This document shows, in pieces, positions 45,773 through 55,983 of a stretch of DNA of 64,000 nucleotides. Position 1 is the first letter of the stretch. The number at the start of each line of letters is the position of its first letter. The notes under the pieces are model-generated. The model saw only the letters and a program-made list of their open reading frames with translations, was not told the DNA's origin and made no database searches. Position numbers and translations under genes: made by a program. Origin of the DNA: an uncultured virus (IMG/VR IMGVR_UViG_3300042691_011955) (lineage: Duplodnaviria > Heunggongvirae > Uroviricota > Caudoviricetes); the IMG/VR virus record IMGVR_UViG_3300042691_011955, one strand, 5' to 3'.

Positions 45773-46485
45773 TGGGACTACGAATAGGTGACCTACGAGA
45801 TATGATCTACGAGATATTTGAAATTGATTCATTTGCCTCTAAAATGGGCGATGATCAAAACATTATCACACTAAGCTTCAGCGTAAAAACAAAAGAACCT
45901 GCAGACGATCTAGTGAGTTTTTTAGAAAAAGGGTACGATTTTATTCTTGATGCAGACACAACAGCAGGAGAACAAAGCGATGGTACTTTTAAAGTTTTTG
46001 TAGAGTTAGAAAGAAATTCTGAAGCACATGAACAGATCGCTGAAATAGTAGACGGTATCAAAAAACTTGCAGATAAAGATAAACTAAAATTTAGATATTA
46101 TAAAGATTTTAGAAGCCACGAAGCCACGTTAGAAAATTTACAACAATTTGTACCCAGCGACCCTGACAACTATGGAATTGTAGCTAACGAAAGCAACATG
46201 AATAATTTTAAAAATTTCTTTAGTAAAAGTTTTGTTGAATCTATAGATATGTTAGATGATATTCTTACTATTAAAAAAATGTATGCAGATCCATTGCATT
46301 TTAGATTTGTAGATATTGGTGAAAAACATCTTATACTAAATAACATTACTGAAAGTTTGAATTTTAACGACTTCGGAGAAGTGATATATCTCAGTAAATA
46401 TATAGGTAATTACAATATTACAAAATATGGTAAAAAACTTACACTAGAAAATAACGGCAGAACACTAGTTCTCGAACGTTTATAA
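45772..46485 (+). CDS. hypothetical protein
   Basis: Coupled ORF, 237 aa. Confidence 0.7.
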   Translation: MGLRIGDLRDMIYEIFEIDSFASKMGDDQNIITLSFSVKTKEPADDLVSFLEKGYDFILDADTTAGEQSDGTFKVFVELERNSEAHEQIAEIVDGIKKLADKDKLKFRYYKDFRSHEATLENLQQFVPSDPDNYGIVANESNMNNFKNFFSKSFVESIDMLDDILTIKKMYADPLHFRFVDIGEKHLILNNITESLNFNDFGEVIYLSKYIGNYNITKYGKKLTLENNGRTLVLERL

Positions 46486-46499
46486 AATAAGGAACTACA

Positions 46500-47129
46500 A
46501 TGAGTTTTACATTTGAATTTAAAAAAGAATATTTGTCAGAAATAATTGGCAAGAACCCATATACAGATTACTGGTACAGTGCATTATGCGAAATCCTTCC
46601 AGTATACGAAATACATACTCCTGAGCGTGTGGCAGCATTTGTTGCACAGTGCGCTCACGAATCAGGTGGCTTTAAATTCCTTAAAGAAAATTTAAACTAT
46701 AAAGCAGAAAGTTTGACAAAGACTTTTTCTAAGTATTTTAAAACTTTAGATGAAGCTAGGGCCTACGAGAAAAAGCCAGAAAAGATTGCCAATAAAGTAT
46801 ATGCGAATCGTATGGGCAACGGAGACGAAGCTAGTGGTGACGGTTTCCGTTATCTAGGTCGAGGACTTATTCAGTTGACAGGTAAAAATAATTACACATT
46901 ATTTGCGGCTGCTATTGATACTCCATTAGAAGAAATTCCAGAGTACCTACAAACGTTTGAAGGTGCTGTACAATCAGCTTGCTGGTTCTGGGAGCAGAAC
47001 AATCTTAATCAATGGGCTGATAAGAAAGACATCCTTACACTAACTAAGCGTATCAACGGTGGTACTATTGGTTTAGAAGACCGCATCAAGCATTACAATC
47101 ACGCATTACACTTGTTTGTAGGACATTAA
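46500..47129 (+). CDS. GH19 (chitinase-like) endolysin
   Basis: AQCAHESG, ENLNY, GRGLIQLTGKNNY, INGG. Confidence 0.93.
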   Translation: MSFTFEFKKEYLSEIIGKNPYTDYWYSALCEILPVYEIHTPERVAAFVAQCAHESGGFKFLKENLNYKAESLTKTFSKYFKTLDEARAYEKKPEKIANKVYANRMGNGDEASGDGFRYLGRGLIQLTGKNNYTLFAAAIDTPLEEIPEYLQTFEGAVQSACWFWEQNNLNQWADKKDILTLTKRINGGTIGLEDRIKHYNHALHLFVGH

Positions 47130-47130
47130 T

Positions 47131-47595
47131 ATGTGGATGCTATCCTTTGTGCCAGATAGTTTTTTACTTTGGGTAGTTAACACTATCCTTATCGCTGGCG
47201 CAATTGGTACTTTCTTTACATTTTTTATACTACACAGAGTAGTTCGTTGGCTTCCAGCAATAGCTCCATATCATTTAATTTTACAAATAGTCAGTATTGT
47301 ATTATTGATTGTAGGTGTATATTTCAAAGGTGGTGTAGGTGTTGAAATGGAATGGCGCGAAAAACTTCGTGTTGCTGAAGAACGTGCTAGAATCGCTGAA
47401 GAACAGGGAAAACAAGTAAACAAAGAAATTGTTACTGTTTACAAAGACCGTGTTAAAGTTGTAAAAGAAAATGTAGTTATCTATCAAGATAAGATTAAAG
47501 AAATAGAAAAAATAATCAATCAAGAGTGTAAAGTAGCACCCGAAGCTATTGATATTCTTAACGAAGCAGCGAAACCACCAGGGAGCAAGAAATGA
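47131..47595 (+). CDS. putative i-spanin
   Basis: N-terminal TMs plus coiled coil, follows endolysin. Confidence 0.7.
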   Translation: MWMLSFVPDSFLLWVVNTILIAGAIGTFFTFFILHRVVRWLPAIAPYHLILQIVSIVLLIVGVYFKGGVGVEMEWREKLRVAEERARIAEEQGKQVNKEIVTVYKDRVKVVKENVVIYQDKIKEIEKIINQECKVAPEAIDILNEAAKPPGSKK

Positions 47596-47858
47596 AAAAA
47601 CTTCTAATGTTGCTTCCTGCGGTTTTATTAACAGGATGTTTGTCCATAACAAAGCCGCCAACATTTCCTGAACTACCGCAAGAAATTGCAGATCCTTGCC
47701 CAGAACTTAAACAAGCAGAAAAGTCGCCTGAATTAAGTAAACTTCTTGACAGTGTAGTTCAAAACTACGGAACTTATTACGAATGCCGTGTAAAAATTGA
47801 AGCTATGGTTGAATGGCACAAACGTCAAAAAGAAATTTACGACAAGGCAGTAAAATAA
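47592..47858 (+). CDS. putative o-spanin lipoprotein
   Basis: LLTGC lipobox, Pro-rich. Confidence 0.75.
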   Translation: MKKLLMLLPAVLLTGCLSITKPPTFPELPQEIADPCPELKQAEKSPELSKLLDSVVQNYGTYYECRVKIEAMVEWHKRQKEIYDKAVK

Positions 47859-47859
47859 A

Positions 47860-48198
47860 ATGTCAGGATCAACTGTACACGAAGATTGGATGAATAGAAA
47901 ATGGCGTCCTGCTATGGGCTGGACCTACATGTTTATTTGTATTCTAGACTTTGCTGTGTTTCCTATACTATGGTCAATTACGCAGGCAGCATATTCAGGC
48001 ACGGTATCTACACAATGGGATCCTATTACTCTTAAAGGCGCTGGCCTGTTCCACATGGCCATGGGTGCTATACTAGGCATTGCTGCTTGGAGTAGAGGAC
48101 AAGAAAAAATAATGAATGCTACGACAGTACCAGCTCAGACTGTAGTAACACCAACAGGGCTACGTAAGCCTGTGCAACCAACTGAGCCAGAATTATAA
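47860..48198 (+). CDS. putative holin
   Basis: WRPAMGW motif, TM segments, lysis cassette context. Confidence 0.7.
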   Translation: MSGSTVHEDWMNRKWRPAMGWTYMFICILDFAVFPILWSITQAAYSGTVSTQWDPITLKGAGLFHMAMGAILGIAAWSRGQEKIMNATTVPAQTVVTPTGLRKPVQPTEPEL

Positions 48199-48210
48199 AG
48201 GAGATTTTAC

Positions 48211-48333
48211 ATGTTAGATATATTATTATGGGTAGCAGTAGGTGCATTTGTAGGATGGAATTTTCCACAACCTTTCTGGGCAAAAGCCGTACAAGAAAAA
48301 GTTCAAGCCATGTTAGCTAAAAAGGAAAAATAA
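48211..48333 (+). CDS. small membrane protein
   Basis: AAGGAG RBS, 40 aa, one TM. Confidence 0.6.
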   Translation: MLDILLWVAVGAFVGWNFPQPFWAKAVQEKVQAMLAKKEK

Positions 48334-48334
48334 A

Positions 48335-48646
48335 ATGAAATTATTAACAACAGCAATTTTTGCAGGTATGATGGTTATTGGTACAGCAGCCTGCGCCAAA
48401 GAAGAACCAAAAAAAGCAACACAAGCAACACCAGCAGCCACAGCAAACGCAACTGCTCCGGCTGCTCCAGCGGATACTAATAAAGAAGCTCCAAAAACTA
48501 AACAAGTTTGCTTAGATGTACAAGGTAAAGACGGAAAACCTGTAATGGATCCTAAAACTAATAAACCAAAACAAACTTGTACTACAGTCAAAGTTCGTGA
48601 AAAGTTCGAAGGAACTAAGATCGAAGACGCTAAGAAGAGCAAGTAA
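48335..48646 (+). CDS. secreted protein or lipoprotein
   Basis: Signal peptide ending TAAC. Confidence 0.65.
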   Translation: MKLLTTAIFAGMMVIGTAACAKEEPKKATQATPAATANATAPAAPADTNKEAPKTKQVCLDVQGKDGKPVMDPKTNKPKQTCTTVKVREKFEGTKIEDAKKSK

Positions 48647-49035
48647 TGAGAATCTTAGCTGCCGCAGTTCTTGCTTTATCATTAACAGGCTGTGCTACTG
48701 TACAGAATTGGATACCCAGCTTCTGGGATGATAATCAAAGCCGCGCAATCGTTGATGTACGTCAATCAGTAGCACAGTTAGATTGCAATATAGATCATGC
48801 TCCACAAGTAAAACGCATTAAAGATCATCTAGAATGGTTTGATCTTTATAGTGAAAGCAAGGGATCACGTCAACAGGATGTTCGTAAGTTGATCGGACCG
48901 ATGAAAGAAACTGTTGACGATTTTTATAAACGCAGTATTGACAAACAGGGCACCAAAGCCTACTGTGAAATTAAAAAGAAAATAATGATACTTCAGTCTG
49001 AAAAGTCTGCAAGTGCAGTATTAGGGAGATTCTAA
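48646..49035 (+). CDS. lipoprotein
   Basis: LTGC lipobox. Confidence 0.7.
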   Translation: MRILAAAVLALSLTGCATVQNWIPSFWDDNQSRAIVDVRQSVAQLDCNIDHAPQVKRIKDHLEWFDLYSESKGSRQQDVRKLIGPMKETVDDFYKRSIDKQGTKAYCEIKKKIMILQSEKSASAVLGRF

Positions 49036-49266
49036 ATGCAAGAACTAAGAGCACTAATTGGTTGTGGTCGTCCATGGGCAGAACAAAGAGCTCAAATGGC
49101 ATTGCAACTATCAGAAGCGTATTCCGCTGGACAAATTAGTCCTGATGAATATAAAGAATTACTACAAGACTTAGTCAGAACAGATATACTAGACAATGAA
49201 GCAGACGATATGGCTGTAAAAGCCATGCTGGTTACAGGTGTGTATGGTCTACTTCAAGTTGTTTAA
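49036..49266 (+). CDS. hypothetical protein
   Basis: ORF in operon. Confidence 0.6.
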   Translation: MQELRALIGCGRPWAEQRAQMALQLSEAYSAGQISPDEYKELLQDLVRTDILDNEADDMAVKAMLVTGVYGLLQVV

Positions 49267-49278
49267 CAAAGGAAAATT

Positions 49279-49725
49279 ATGAAAAGTTTATTTGTATTTT
49301 TATTAGCAACAGTATTATCTGTTCCGGCTTTTGCACAAGGCAAAATGCCTACTAAGTCAGCAACATATGATGCACAAATTATTAGAGTGAGTGATGGCGA
49401 TACTATTGTAATCGCCGCCCCCTTTCTACCAGCCCCGCTCAAACCTGAACTTGCTGTTAGAATCTACGGCGTTGACACCCCAGAAAAAGGACACAGAGCT
49501 CAATGTCCACAAGAAGACCAGCGAGCGCAACTGGCGAGTAAATTTACAACTCAAGCCATACAATCCCACCCAAAGCACCAGGTTATTATCTATGGATGGG
49601 ATAAGTTTGGTGGCCGTATATTGGGAGACATCTTGGTAAATGGACAAAGTATTCGACAAGGATTAATTGCCAACGGTTTAGCTAGAGAGTATTACGGCGA
49701 TGCTAAACAAAGTTGGTGTAACTAA
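49279..49725 (+). CDS. secreted thermonuclease (SNase family)
   Basis: Signal peptide, DGDT, R..GVDTPE, DKFGGR. Confidence 0.9.
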   Translation: MKSLFVFLLATVLSVPAFAQGKMPTKSATYDAQIIRVSDGDTIVIAAPFLPAPLKPELAVRIYGVDTPEKGHRAQCPQEDQRAQLASKFTTQAIQSHPKHQVIIYGWDKFGGRILGDILVNGQSIRQGLIANGLAREYYGDAKQSWCN

Positions 49726-49818
49726 CACACCTTAGGACCGGTATTAAGTTACCGAAAGTGTGCGCCGGCTGCTGGCGCGGAGAAAGCGATTCGCTACCGT
49801 AGACTTCGAAAGTGAGCT
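49726..49818 (+). ncRNA. unknown GC-rich structured RNA
   Basis: CACAC/GTGTG enclosing CGGTA/TACCG; CGCCGG/CTGGCG hairpin. Confidence 0.5.
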
Positions 49819-49833
49819 TTATAAAGATTAAAG

Positions 49834-50463
49834 TTGAAAAAGATAGCATTATTTTTGCATCAACCCATCTGTGCCGTGGACTCTGCTAACGGCATCATCA
49901 AAGCTCTTTCATCCCACTACAGTTTTAAATTATTTTCTAGAGACGAAGTTGAACCTACCTTCTTTGATGATGTAGACTGCGTATGTTTTCCCGGAGGCTA
50001 CGGTGACAGCGATAGATATGATACTCTAATGAAATGGAACTGTGACGCTGTTAGAAACTTTGTAAAGAGTGGAGGCAAATTTCTTGGAATATGCATGGGA
50101 GCATACTGGGCAGATCGAGACTACCTTAATGTCTTAGATGGTGTTAGAGCAGTACAGTACATCAAACAACCTAACACTGACACAAGACGCCCCCATCCTA
50201 AAGCTATGCCAGTGAATTGGTTAGGTGTTAACGAAAGGATGTATTTCTATGACGGCTGTGCATTTGTTGGTAATAATATGGATGTTGTGGCTACCTATAG
50301 CAACGGTGATCCTATGGCTATTATACAAGGACGCATTGGTGTAATAGGATGCCATCCAGAAAGTGAACAGTGGTGGTACGACAAAAAATATCTACAGCCT
50401 CACTGGCACGAGAATCGACATCACCAATTATTATTAAATTTTGTTAATAGACTATTAAGCTAA
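49834..50463 (+). CDS. class I glutamine amidotransferase-like (BPL_N-type) protein
   Basis: FPGG, FLGICMGAY, HPE. Confidence 0.8.
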   Translation: MKKIALFLHQPICAVDSANGIIKALSSHYSFKLFSRDEVEPTFFDDVDCVCFPGGYGDSDRYDTLMKWNCDAVRNFVKSGGKFLGICMGAYWADRDYLNVLDGVRAVQYIKQPNTDTRRPHPKAMPVNWLGVNERMYFYDGCAFVGNNMDVVATYSNGDPMAIIQGRIGVIGCHPESEQWWYDKKYLQPHWHENRHHQLLLNFVNRLLS

Positions 50464-51036
50464 AACAAGTTCGTAAATCTCTTTCCAATTTTTAACAATA
50501 TTATATTCACAAACGTGGTGCATGTTATGTCCATGCTCAATAAGAATACTTTTTAATCCCAACGCATGTCCAACATCTGCGTTTTGCGGCTTGTCTTCAA
50601 TCCACCACATACCACTATCCTTGTACGGAGCCAATGCACTGTCTTTATCTGCGCCTGTGTCTAAGCAAATAACTGATTCAATAGCATTGCCAAAGATCTT
50701 GCGTAAATTCATTTCACGCAGTTTCTGTGCATTTTTATCTAGACTCAAACTTGTAATAACACGGAATTGATATCCGTGTTCTTCGTGCAGTCGTTTAACA
50801 TAGAAAGCACTGTCACGAAGTGCAGGAAGAAAGCCAATGGCTGCAGATTCATTAAAAGTCTTAACAACTTTCTTAGCATCTTTTTCTTCTAATTCATTGT
50901 AGTGATGATGCAGATAATAGCTTTTCTTATTATCCGCTGTTAGTGTATAACCTCGTTCTTGCATCCAAACTGAGAATGCCCATTCCCAATCTAGTAGAAC
51001 TCCGTCTGCGTCTGTGAGTATAAGTTTACGTTTCAT
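50455..51036 (-). CDS. HAD-family nucleotidase-like protein
   Basis: TDADGVLLDW (DxDG), IEDK. Confidence 0.8.
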   Translation of the reverse strand: MKRKLILTDADGVLLDWEWAFSVWMQERGYTLTADNKKSYYLHHHYNELEEKDAKKVVKTFNESAAIGFLPALRDSAFYVKRLHEEHGYQFRVITSLSLDKNAQKLREMNLRKIFGNAIESVICLDTGADKDSALAPYKDSGMWWIEDKPQNADVGHALGLKSILIEHGHNMHHVCEYNIVKNWKEIYELVLA

Positions 51037-51118
51037 AATGCTATTATACAATATTCTTGCTCACCTGTCAACAGGTAAATATACTATTACACAGACACAA
51101 CATCTTTTGGAGAATATT

Positions 51119-51823
51119 TTGGAAATTATCTTAGCAATCCTAATAATGACGCACATTACTATAGTGTGTGTTACGCTGTATTTGCATAGAAGTCAGGCAC
51201 ATAGAGGAATTGAGTTTCATCCAATTCTAAGTCATTTTATGAGATTTTGGTTATGGATGACCACAGGAATGACTACTAAAGCATGGGTAGCAGTGCATCG
51301 CAAGCATCATCAATCAACTGATGTAGAAGGCGATCCACACAGTCCTCACATCTTTGGTATTAAACGATTACTACTAGGTGGATGGAGTTTATATCACGAA
51401 GCTACTAAAGATCCACAAATGGTTATTAAGTATGGTGCAGGTACTCCGAAAGATCGTATTGAAGTTTTCTATACTAGATATCACCGCCATGGCATTCTCT
51501 TAATGTTAGTCATAGACTTGTTATTATTTGGGCTATGGGGTTTTCTAGTATGGGGCGTACAGATGATCTGGATTCCATTCTGGGCCGCAGGATTTATTAA
51601 TGGCATTGGTCACTGGTGGGGATATCGTAACGGTGAAACCAAAGACCATAGTCGTAATGTTGGGCCTTGGGGCATACTAATTGGTGGTGAAGAACTACAC
51701 AATAATCATCACTTGGATCCTGCTAACCCTAAACTAAGTCGTCGTTGGTTTGAGTTTGATATTGGCTGGATGTGGTTTAAGTTATTTGAATTATTTGGAT
51801 TAGCCAAGTTGAGAAACAGTTAA
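51119..51823 (+). CDS. delta-9 fatty acid desaturase
   Basis: His boxes HRSQAH, HRKHH, HNNHH; GGAG then TTG start. Confidence 0.92.
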   Translation: MEIILAILIMTHITIVCVTLYLHRSQAHRGIEFHPILSHFMRFWLWMTTGMTTKAWVAVHRKHHQSTDVEGDPHSPHIFGIKRLLLGGWSLYHEATKDPQMVIKYGAGTPKDRIEVFYTRYHRHGILLMLVIDLLLFGLWGFLVWGVQMIWIPFWAAGFINGIGHWWGYRNGETKDHSRNVGPWGILIGGEELHNNHHLDPANPKLSRRWFEFDIGWMWFKLFELFGLAKLRNS

Positions 51824-51842
51824 TAACCTGAGTAAATACTAA

Positions 51843-52418
51843 ATGAAAATAACAGAATTAGTCGGCGTAAAGCAAGATTTGGCAACAGCATCCTATACAG
51901 ATGTTCTACAACAAAAAGGCTTTGCTGCTTTAGGCAGTGGTTCTTTCGCTACTGTGTGGGGGCACCCCGACTTTGATTATGTATTAAAAACATTCAAAGC
52001 CAGCGACACTTCTTATTTGGAATGGTTAGCTGCTTGTCGATCTAATCAACAGAATCTTTTCATTCCACAGTTTATTAGCCCAAAGCCTGTAAAAGTTGTT
52101 CCTGGCATACTTGCAATACGTATGGAAAAACTCACGCCTGCCTCAGCCGCGGTCAAACCTATTTTGGATAAGTTAGAGGATGTAATAAATGAAGTTACTA
52201 TTGAAGCTGACCGGCCCACTAGTAGTGCTAGAACCATCTCAAGAATAATAAAAGAAAGTTATCCTGGACTAGCTGCCTATGCAGCGGCTAACAAAGGGTT
52301 GATCCCGGCTATCTCCCTTATTGCCAATATCATCAATAATGGTAGTGGAGTAAATGATTTAAGCGTTAGTAATATTATGATGCGTGGCGAGCAAATGGTA
52401 TTTACTGACCCAGTATAA
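51843..52418 (+). CDS. protein kinase-like fold protein
   Basis: LGSGSFATV, VLK, DL...NIM, TDP. Confidence 0.7.
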   Translation: MKITELVGVKQDLATASYTDVLQQKGFAALGSGSFATVWGHPDFDYVLKTFKASDTSYLEWLAACRSNQQNLFIPQFISPKPVKVVPGILAIRMEKLTPASAAVKPILDKLEDVINEVTIEADRPTSSARTISRIIKESYPGLAAYAAANKGLIPAISLIANIINNGSGVNDLSVSNIMMRGEQMVFTDPV

Positions 52419-52462
52419 TCCAAGCTACGCTCTTAATATAATTTATTGCGATATATAATAGT

Positions 52463-53257
52463 ATGGATTATTACTCTGTACTAGGCATTGCCAAATCTGC
52501 TAATCAAGATGACATTAAGCGAGCATATCGAAAACTTGCAATGCAACATCACCCTGACAAAGGCGGTGACGAAGCTAAGTTTAAAGAGATTAACGAAGCC
52601 TATTCTGTATTAGGCGATCCAGCTCAACGAGCGCAATACGACAATCCTCAACCACAGGTTAGATTTAGAGCCGGTGACTTTAATAACGATCCATTCTCTG
52701 ACATGATGTCACAGATGTTTGGTGGTCGAACAAGACGTAACCCAGACATTACTATTGCAGCAAAAATAGATCTAGTAGATTCAATTGTTGGTAAAAAATT
52801 AATAGCAGCCTATAGATTAAGATCAGGTAGGGAAGAAACTGTAAATATTGATATACCACCCGGTGCTAGACACGGAGACACTATTCGATTCAGCGGGCTA
52901 GGCGATGATATTATGCCGGGACAACGCGGCAATCTTTTTGTAAAAATACAAATACTAGCACATCCTGTTTGGCGTAGAGAAGATGATGACTTGTATGCTA
53001 AACAGAATGTCAACGCTCTTGACTTAATCTTAGGATGTAGTATAATAGTAAATACTGTAGAAGGTCGTCAATTAGAATTAAAAATTCCTAAAGCATCAAG
53101 AAACGGAATAACATTTAGTATCAGCGACTATGGCGCACCAAATGTACACACAGGCAGACGTGGAAAAATTTTCCTAACAGTCGAAGCAGAAATTCCTAAA
53201 ATAGACGACGAAGATATGCTAAACAAAATTAGAGAGATAAGAAATGCAATTAGTTAA
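52463..53257 (+). CDS. dnaJ: DnaJ-family chaperone (no zinc finger)
   Basis: J domain with HPD; DnaJ C-terminal domain. Confidence 0.93.
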   Translation: MDYYSVLGIAKSANQDDIKRAYRKLAMQHHPDKGGDEAKFKEINEAYSVLGDPAQRAQYDNPQPQVRFRAGDFNNDPFSDMMSQMFGGRTRRNPDITIAAKIDLVDSIVGKKLIAAYRLRSGREETVNIDIPPGARHGDTIRFSGLGDDIMPGQRGNLFVKIQILAHPVWRREDDDLYAKQNVNALDLILGCSIIVNTVEGRQLELKIPKASRNGITFSISDYGAPNVHTGRRGKIFLTVEAEIPKIDDEDMLNKIREIRNAIS

Positions 53258-53753
53258 ATCACCGGATCCTTGGCTAGATAAAGCAGTATCTGCTTTTGAT
53301 TTTGAAACACTGGATGCTAAACAAATAGAAAAAGAAATGATTGAGCTAATGATTGCCGAAGGCGGTATAGGCCTTAGTGCTAATCAAGTTGCACTAGATG
53401 CTCAAATATTTGTTATAAAACCGTATCTGCTAGAAAATAAAGAACCGTTCGCTGTTATTAATCCTGTTATACTTAGAGTAACAGAAGATACAGATGCTAG
53501 TCCAGAAGGATGTCTGAGTCATCCGTTGCTGTTCTTGAATGTAAAAAGACCTAGGGGGTTGGTGGCCAAGTACCTTGACACAGACGCAAAAGAGTGTACA
53601 ATAGAACTATACGATATTGATGCTCGTTGCTTCCTACATGAATATGATCATCTTCAAGGGATTGAGTTCGTTGATAGAGTATCGAAACTAAAATTAGATT
53701 TAGCACGTAAAAAACAAATTAAAATAGAAAAAAGGATTGCACAACATGGTTGA
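53244..53753 (+). CDS. def: peptide deformylase
   Basis: [22 protein letters not shown]. Confidence 0.95.
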   Translation: MQLVKSPDPWLDKAVSAFDFETLDAKQIEKEMIELMIAEGGIGLSANQVALDAQIFVIKPYLLENKEPFAVINPVILRVTEDTDASPEGCLSHPLLFLNVKRPRGLVAKYLDTDAKECTIELYDIDARCFLHEYDHLQGIEFVDRVSKLKLDLARKKQIKIEKRIAQHG

Positions 53754-55983
53754 ACCATCAGAAGAACTACAACTTGTCTTTGATAAAGCTGTTAAAGATG
53801 CTAAGGCACTCAAGCACGAATATGTTACCCTTGAGCATCTGCTTTTTGCAATGTTGTGCTCTGAAAACTTTTACAATCTAGTAAAAGGTGCTAGTGCTGA
53901 TGTTGATTATATCAAAACTAATCTAGAATATTATCTTAAAAATAATCTAGAAGAAATTAAAACAGAAGCAGAAAAGTATAAGCCAAAGAAAACACAGTCA
54001 GTTGAACGCTGTTTGAATAGAGCATTTACACAAGTATTGTTTGCTGGACGATCTGAGATTCAACTGAGCGATGTATTGCTTAGTATACTGTCTGAAAAGA
54101 AAAGTCATGCCGCATACTATGCAGAAAAAGCAGGTATTGAAAAAGAAAAGTTTGCTGATTATATCAACAATGAATTAGAAGTTGAAACACAAGATGAAGA
54201 AGTGTCAGGTGTTGCTCAAAAGGCACTGAGACAATTTACGACTAACCTTAACGACGAAGTTAAAAAGAAACGCATTGATCCATTGATTGGTCGTGCAGAC
54301 GAACTTGAAAGTATTGCTCTTGCTTTGGGTAGACGCAGTAAGAACAACGTACTGTTAGTTGGTGAGCCCGGTGTTGGTAAGACTGCTATTGCAGAAGGTC
54401 TTGCATACAATATCGTTGAAGGTACTGTGCCAGCGTTTTTAAAAGATTACTCTGTGTACATGCTGGACATTGGTAGTATGCTTGCAGGTTCTAAGTATCG
54501 CGGTGACTTTGAAGAACGTTTTAAACTTGTACTGTCAGGATTAAAGAGCAAAGGTAAAACTATTATGTTTATCGACGAAGCTCACATGATGAACGGTGCA
54601 GGTGCAGGTGGCGGCAACAGTGCTAATGACCTTGCTAATATGTTAAAGCCTGCACTGAGCAAAGGTAACATCAAAGTTGTAGCAAGTACTACTTGGGAAG
54701 AATATCGCAAGTACTTTGAAAAGGATCGTGCGTTGATGCGCAGATTCCAACGTGTTACTGTTGACGAGCCTACTCCAGAAGTAACCAAAGACATCTTACG
54801 TGGTATTAAGAAGTACTACGAAGATCATCACAAAGTAACTATCACAGACGAAGCGATTGAAGTTGCTGTTAAGCTCAGTGTCAAGTATCAAGCAGATAAG
54901 AAGTTACCAGATAAGGCTATTGACTTGATCGATCTTGCGTGTTCTAGATTTAATCTAAAAGATGTCAAAGAAAAAATCGTAGGCGAACAAGAAGTACAGT
55001 TTGAACTTGCTAAGGTAGTAAATCTTCCTCCAGAACAGGTTATGGAGAAAGAAACTTCTAATCTAGAAAATCTAGAAAAGAATTTAAAAGCAGAAGTATA
55101 CGGCCAAGATAACGCGATTGAAAATATTGTTGATAAGATTCTTGTTGCACAAGCTGGACTAAAACCAGAAAACAAACCAATTGGTAGCTTTGTATTCATG
55201 GGTCCAACTGGTACAGGTAAAACAGAAACTGCTAAACAACTTGCTGGACAGCTTGGTGTAAAATTAGTACGCTTTGACATGAGTGAATATCAGGAAAAGC
55301 ACAGCGTTAGTAAACTGATTGGTTCACCTCCAGGCTATGTAGGCTTTGAAGAAAACGCAGGTATTCTAATTACTAAATTACAAGAACACCCTAACTGTGT
55401 GCTGTTGCTGGATGAGATTGAAAAAGCACATCCTGATGTAGCCACAATCCTATTACAGATTATGGACAACGGTCGTATAACTGGATCAAATGGTAAAGAA
55501 GCTGATGCACGTAACTGTGTATTAATCTTAACTACTAACTTGGGCGCACAGGATGCTGAAAAGAATAATATAGGATTCGGTGACAGTCAAGACAAGGAAT
55601 ACGAAGACAAAGAGCTTAAGAAATTCTTTAGTCCAGAGTTCCGCAATCGATTAGATGGTATTATTACATTTGGTAAACTGACTAAAGAAGTAATGATGAA
55701 GGTTGTTGGCAAGTTCTTAGTTGAACTTAAGGCTCAAGTAGCTGATAAAAATGTTGAAATTTCAATCACAAACGAATCACTTGATGCACTAGTAGATCGT
55801 GGATTTGATAAAAAGATGGGTGCTCGTCCTCTACAACGTGTGATTGACAAAGATATTAAACGTCCTTTGGCTCGCAAGCTGTTGTTTGGCGAGTTGAAGA
55901 ATGGTGGAAAAGTAAACATCGACTTCAGAAACAACGAGTTTGTACTCGAATGTGTCACGGAGCAAGTAGTTGAAAAAGTGTGA
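53746..55983 (+). CDS. clpA: Clp protease ATP-binding subunit ClpA
   Basis: Clp N domain, GEPGVGKT and GPTGTGKT, no middle domain, IGF loop. Confidence 0.93.
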   Translation: MVEPSEELQLVFDKAVKDAKALKHEYVTLEHLLFAMLCSENFYNLVKGASADVDYIKTNLEYYLKNNLEEIKTEAEKYKPKKTQSVERCLNRAFTQVLFAGRSEIQLSDVLLSILSEKKSHAAYYAEKAGIEKEKFADYINNELEVETQDEEVSGVAQKALRQFTTNLNDEVKKKRIDPLIGRADELESIALALGRRSKNNVLLVGEPGVGKTAIAEGLAYNIVEGTVPAFLKDYSVYMLDIGSMLAGSKYRGDFEERFKLVLSGLKSKGKTIMFIDEAHMMNGAGAGGGNSANDLANMLKPALSKGNIKVVASTTWEEYRKYFEKDRALMRRFQRVTVDEPTPEVTKDILRGIKKYYEDHHKVTITDEAIEVAVKLSVKYQADKKLPDKAIDLIDLACSRFNLKDVKEKIVGEQEVQFELAKVVNLPPEQVMEKETSNLENLEKNLKAEVYGQDNAIENIVDKILVAQAGLKPENKPIGSFVFMGPTGTGKTETAKQLAGQLGVKLVRFDMSEYQEKHSVSKLIGSPPGYVGFEENAGILITKLQEHPNCVLLLDEIEKAHPDVATILLQIMDNGRITGSNGKEADARNCVLILTTNLGAQDAEKNNIGFGDSQDKEYEDKELKKFFSPEFRNRLDGIITFGKLTKEVMMKVVGKFLVELKAQVADKNVEISITNESLDALVDRGFDKKMGARPLQRVIDKDIKRPLARKLLFGELKNGGKVNIDFRNNEFVLECVTEQVVEKV

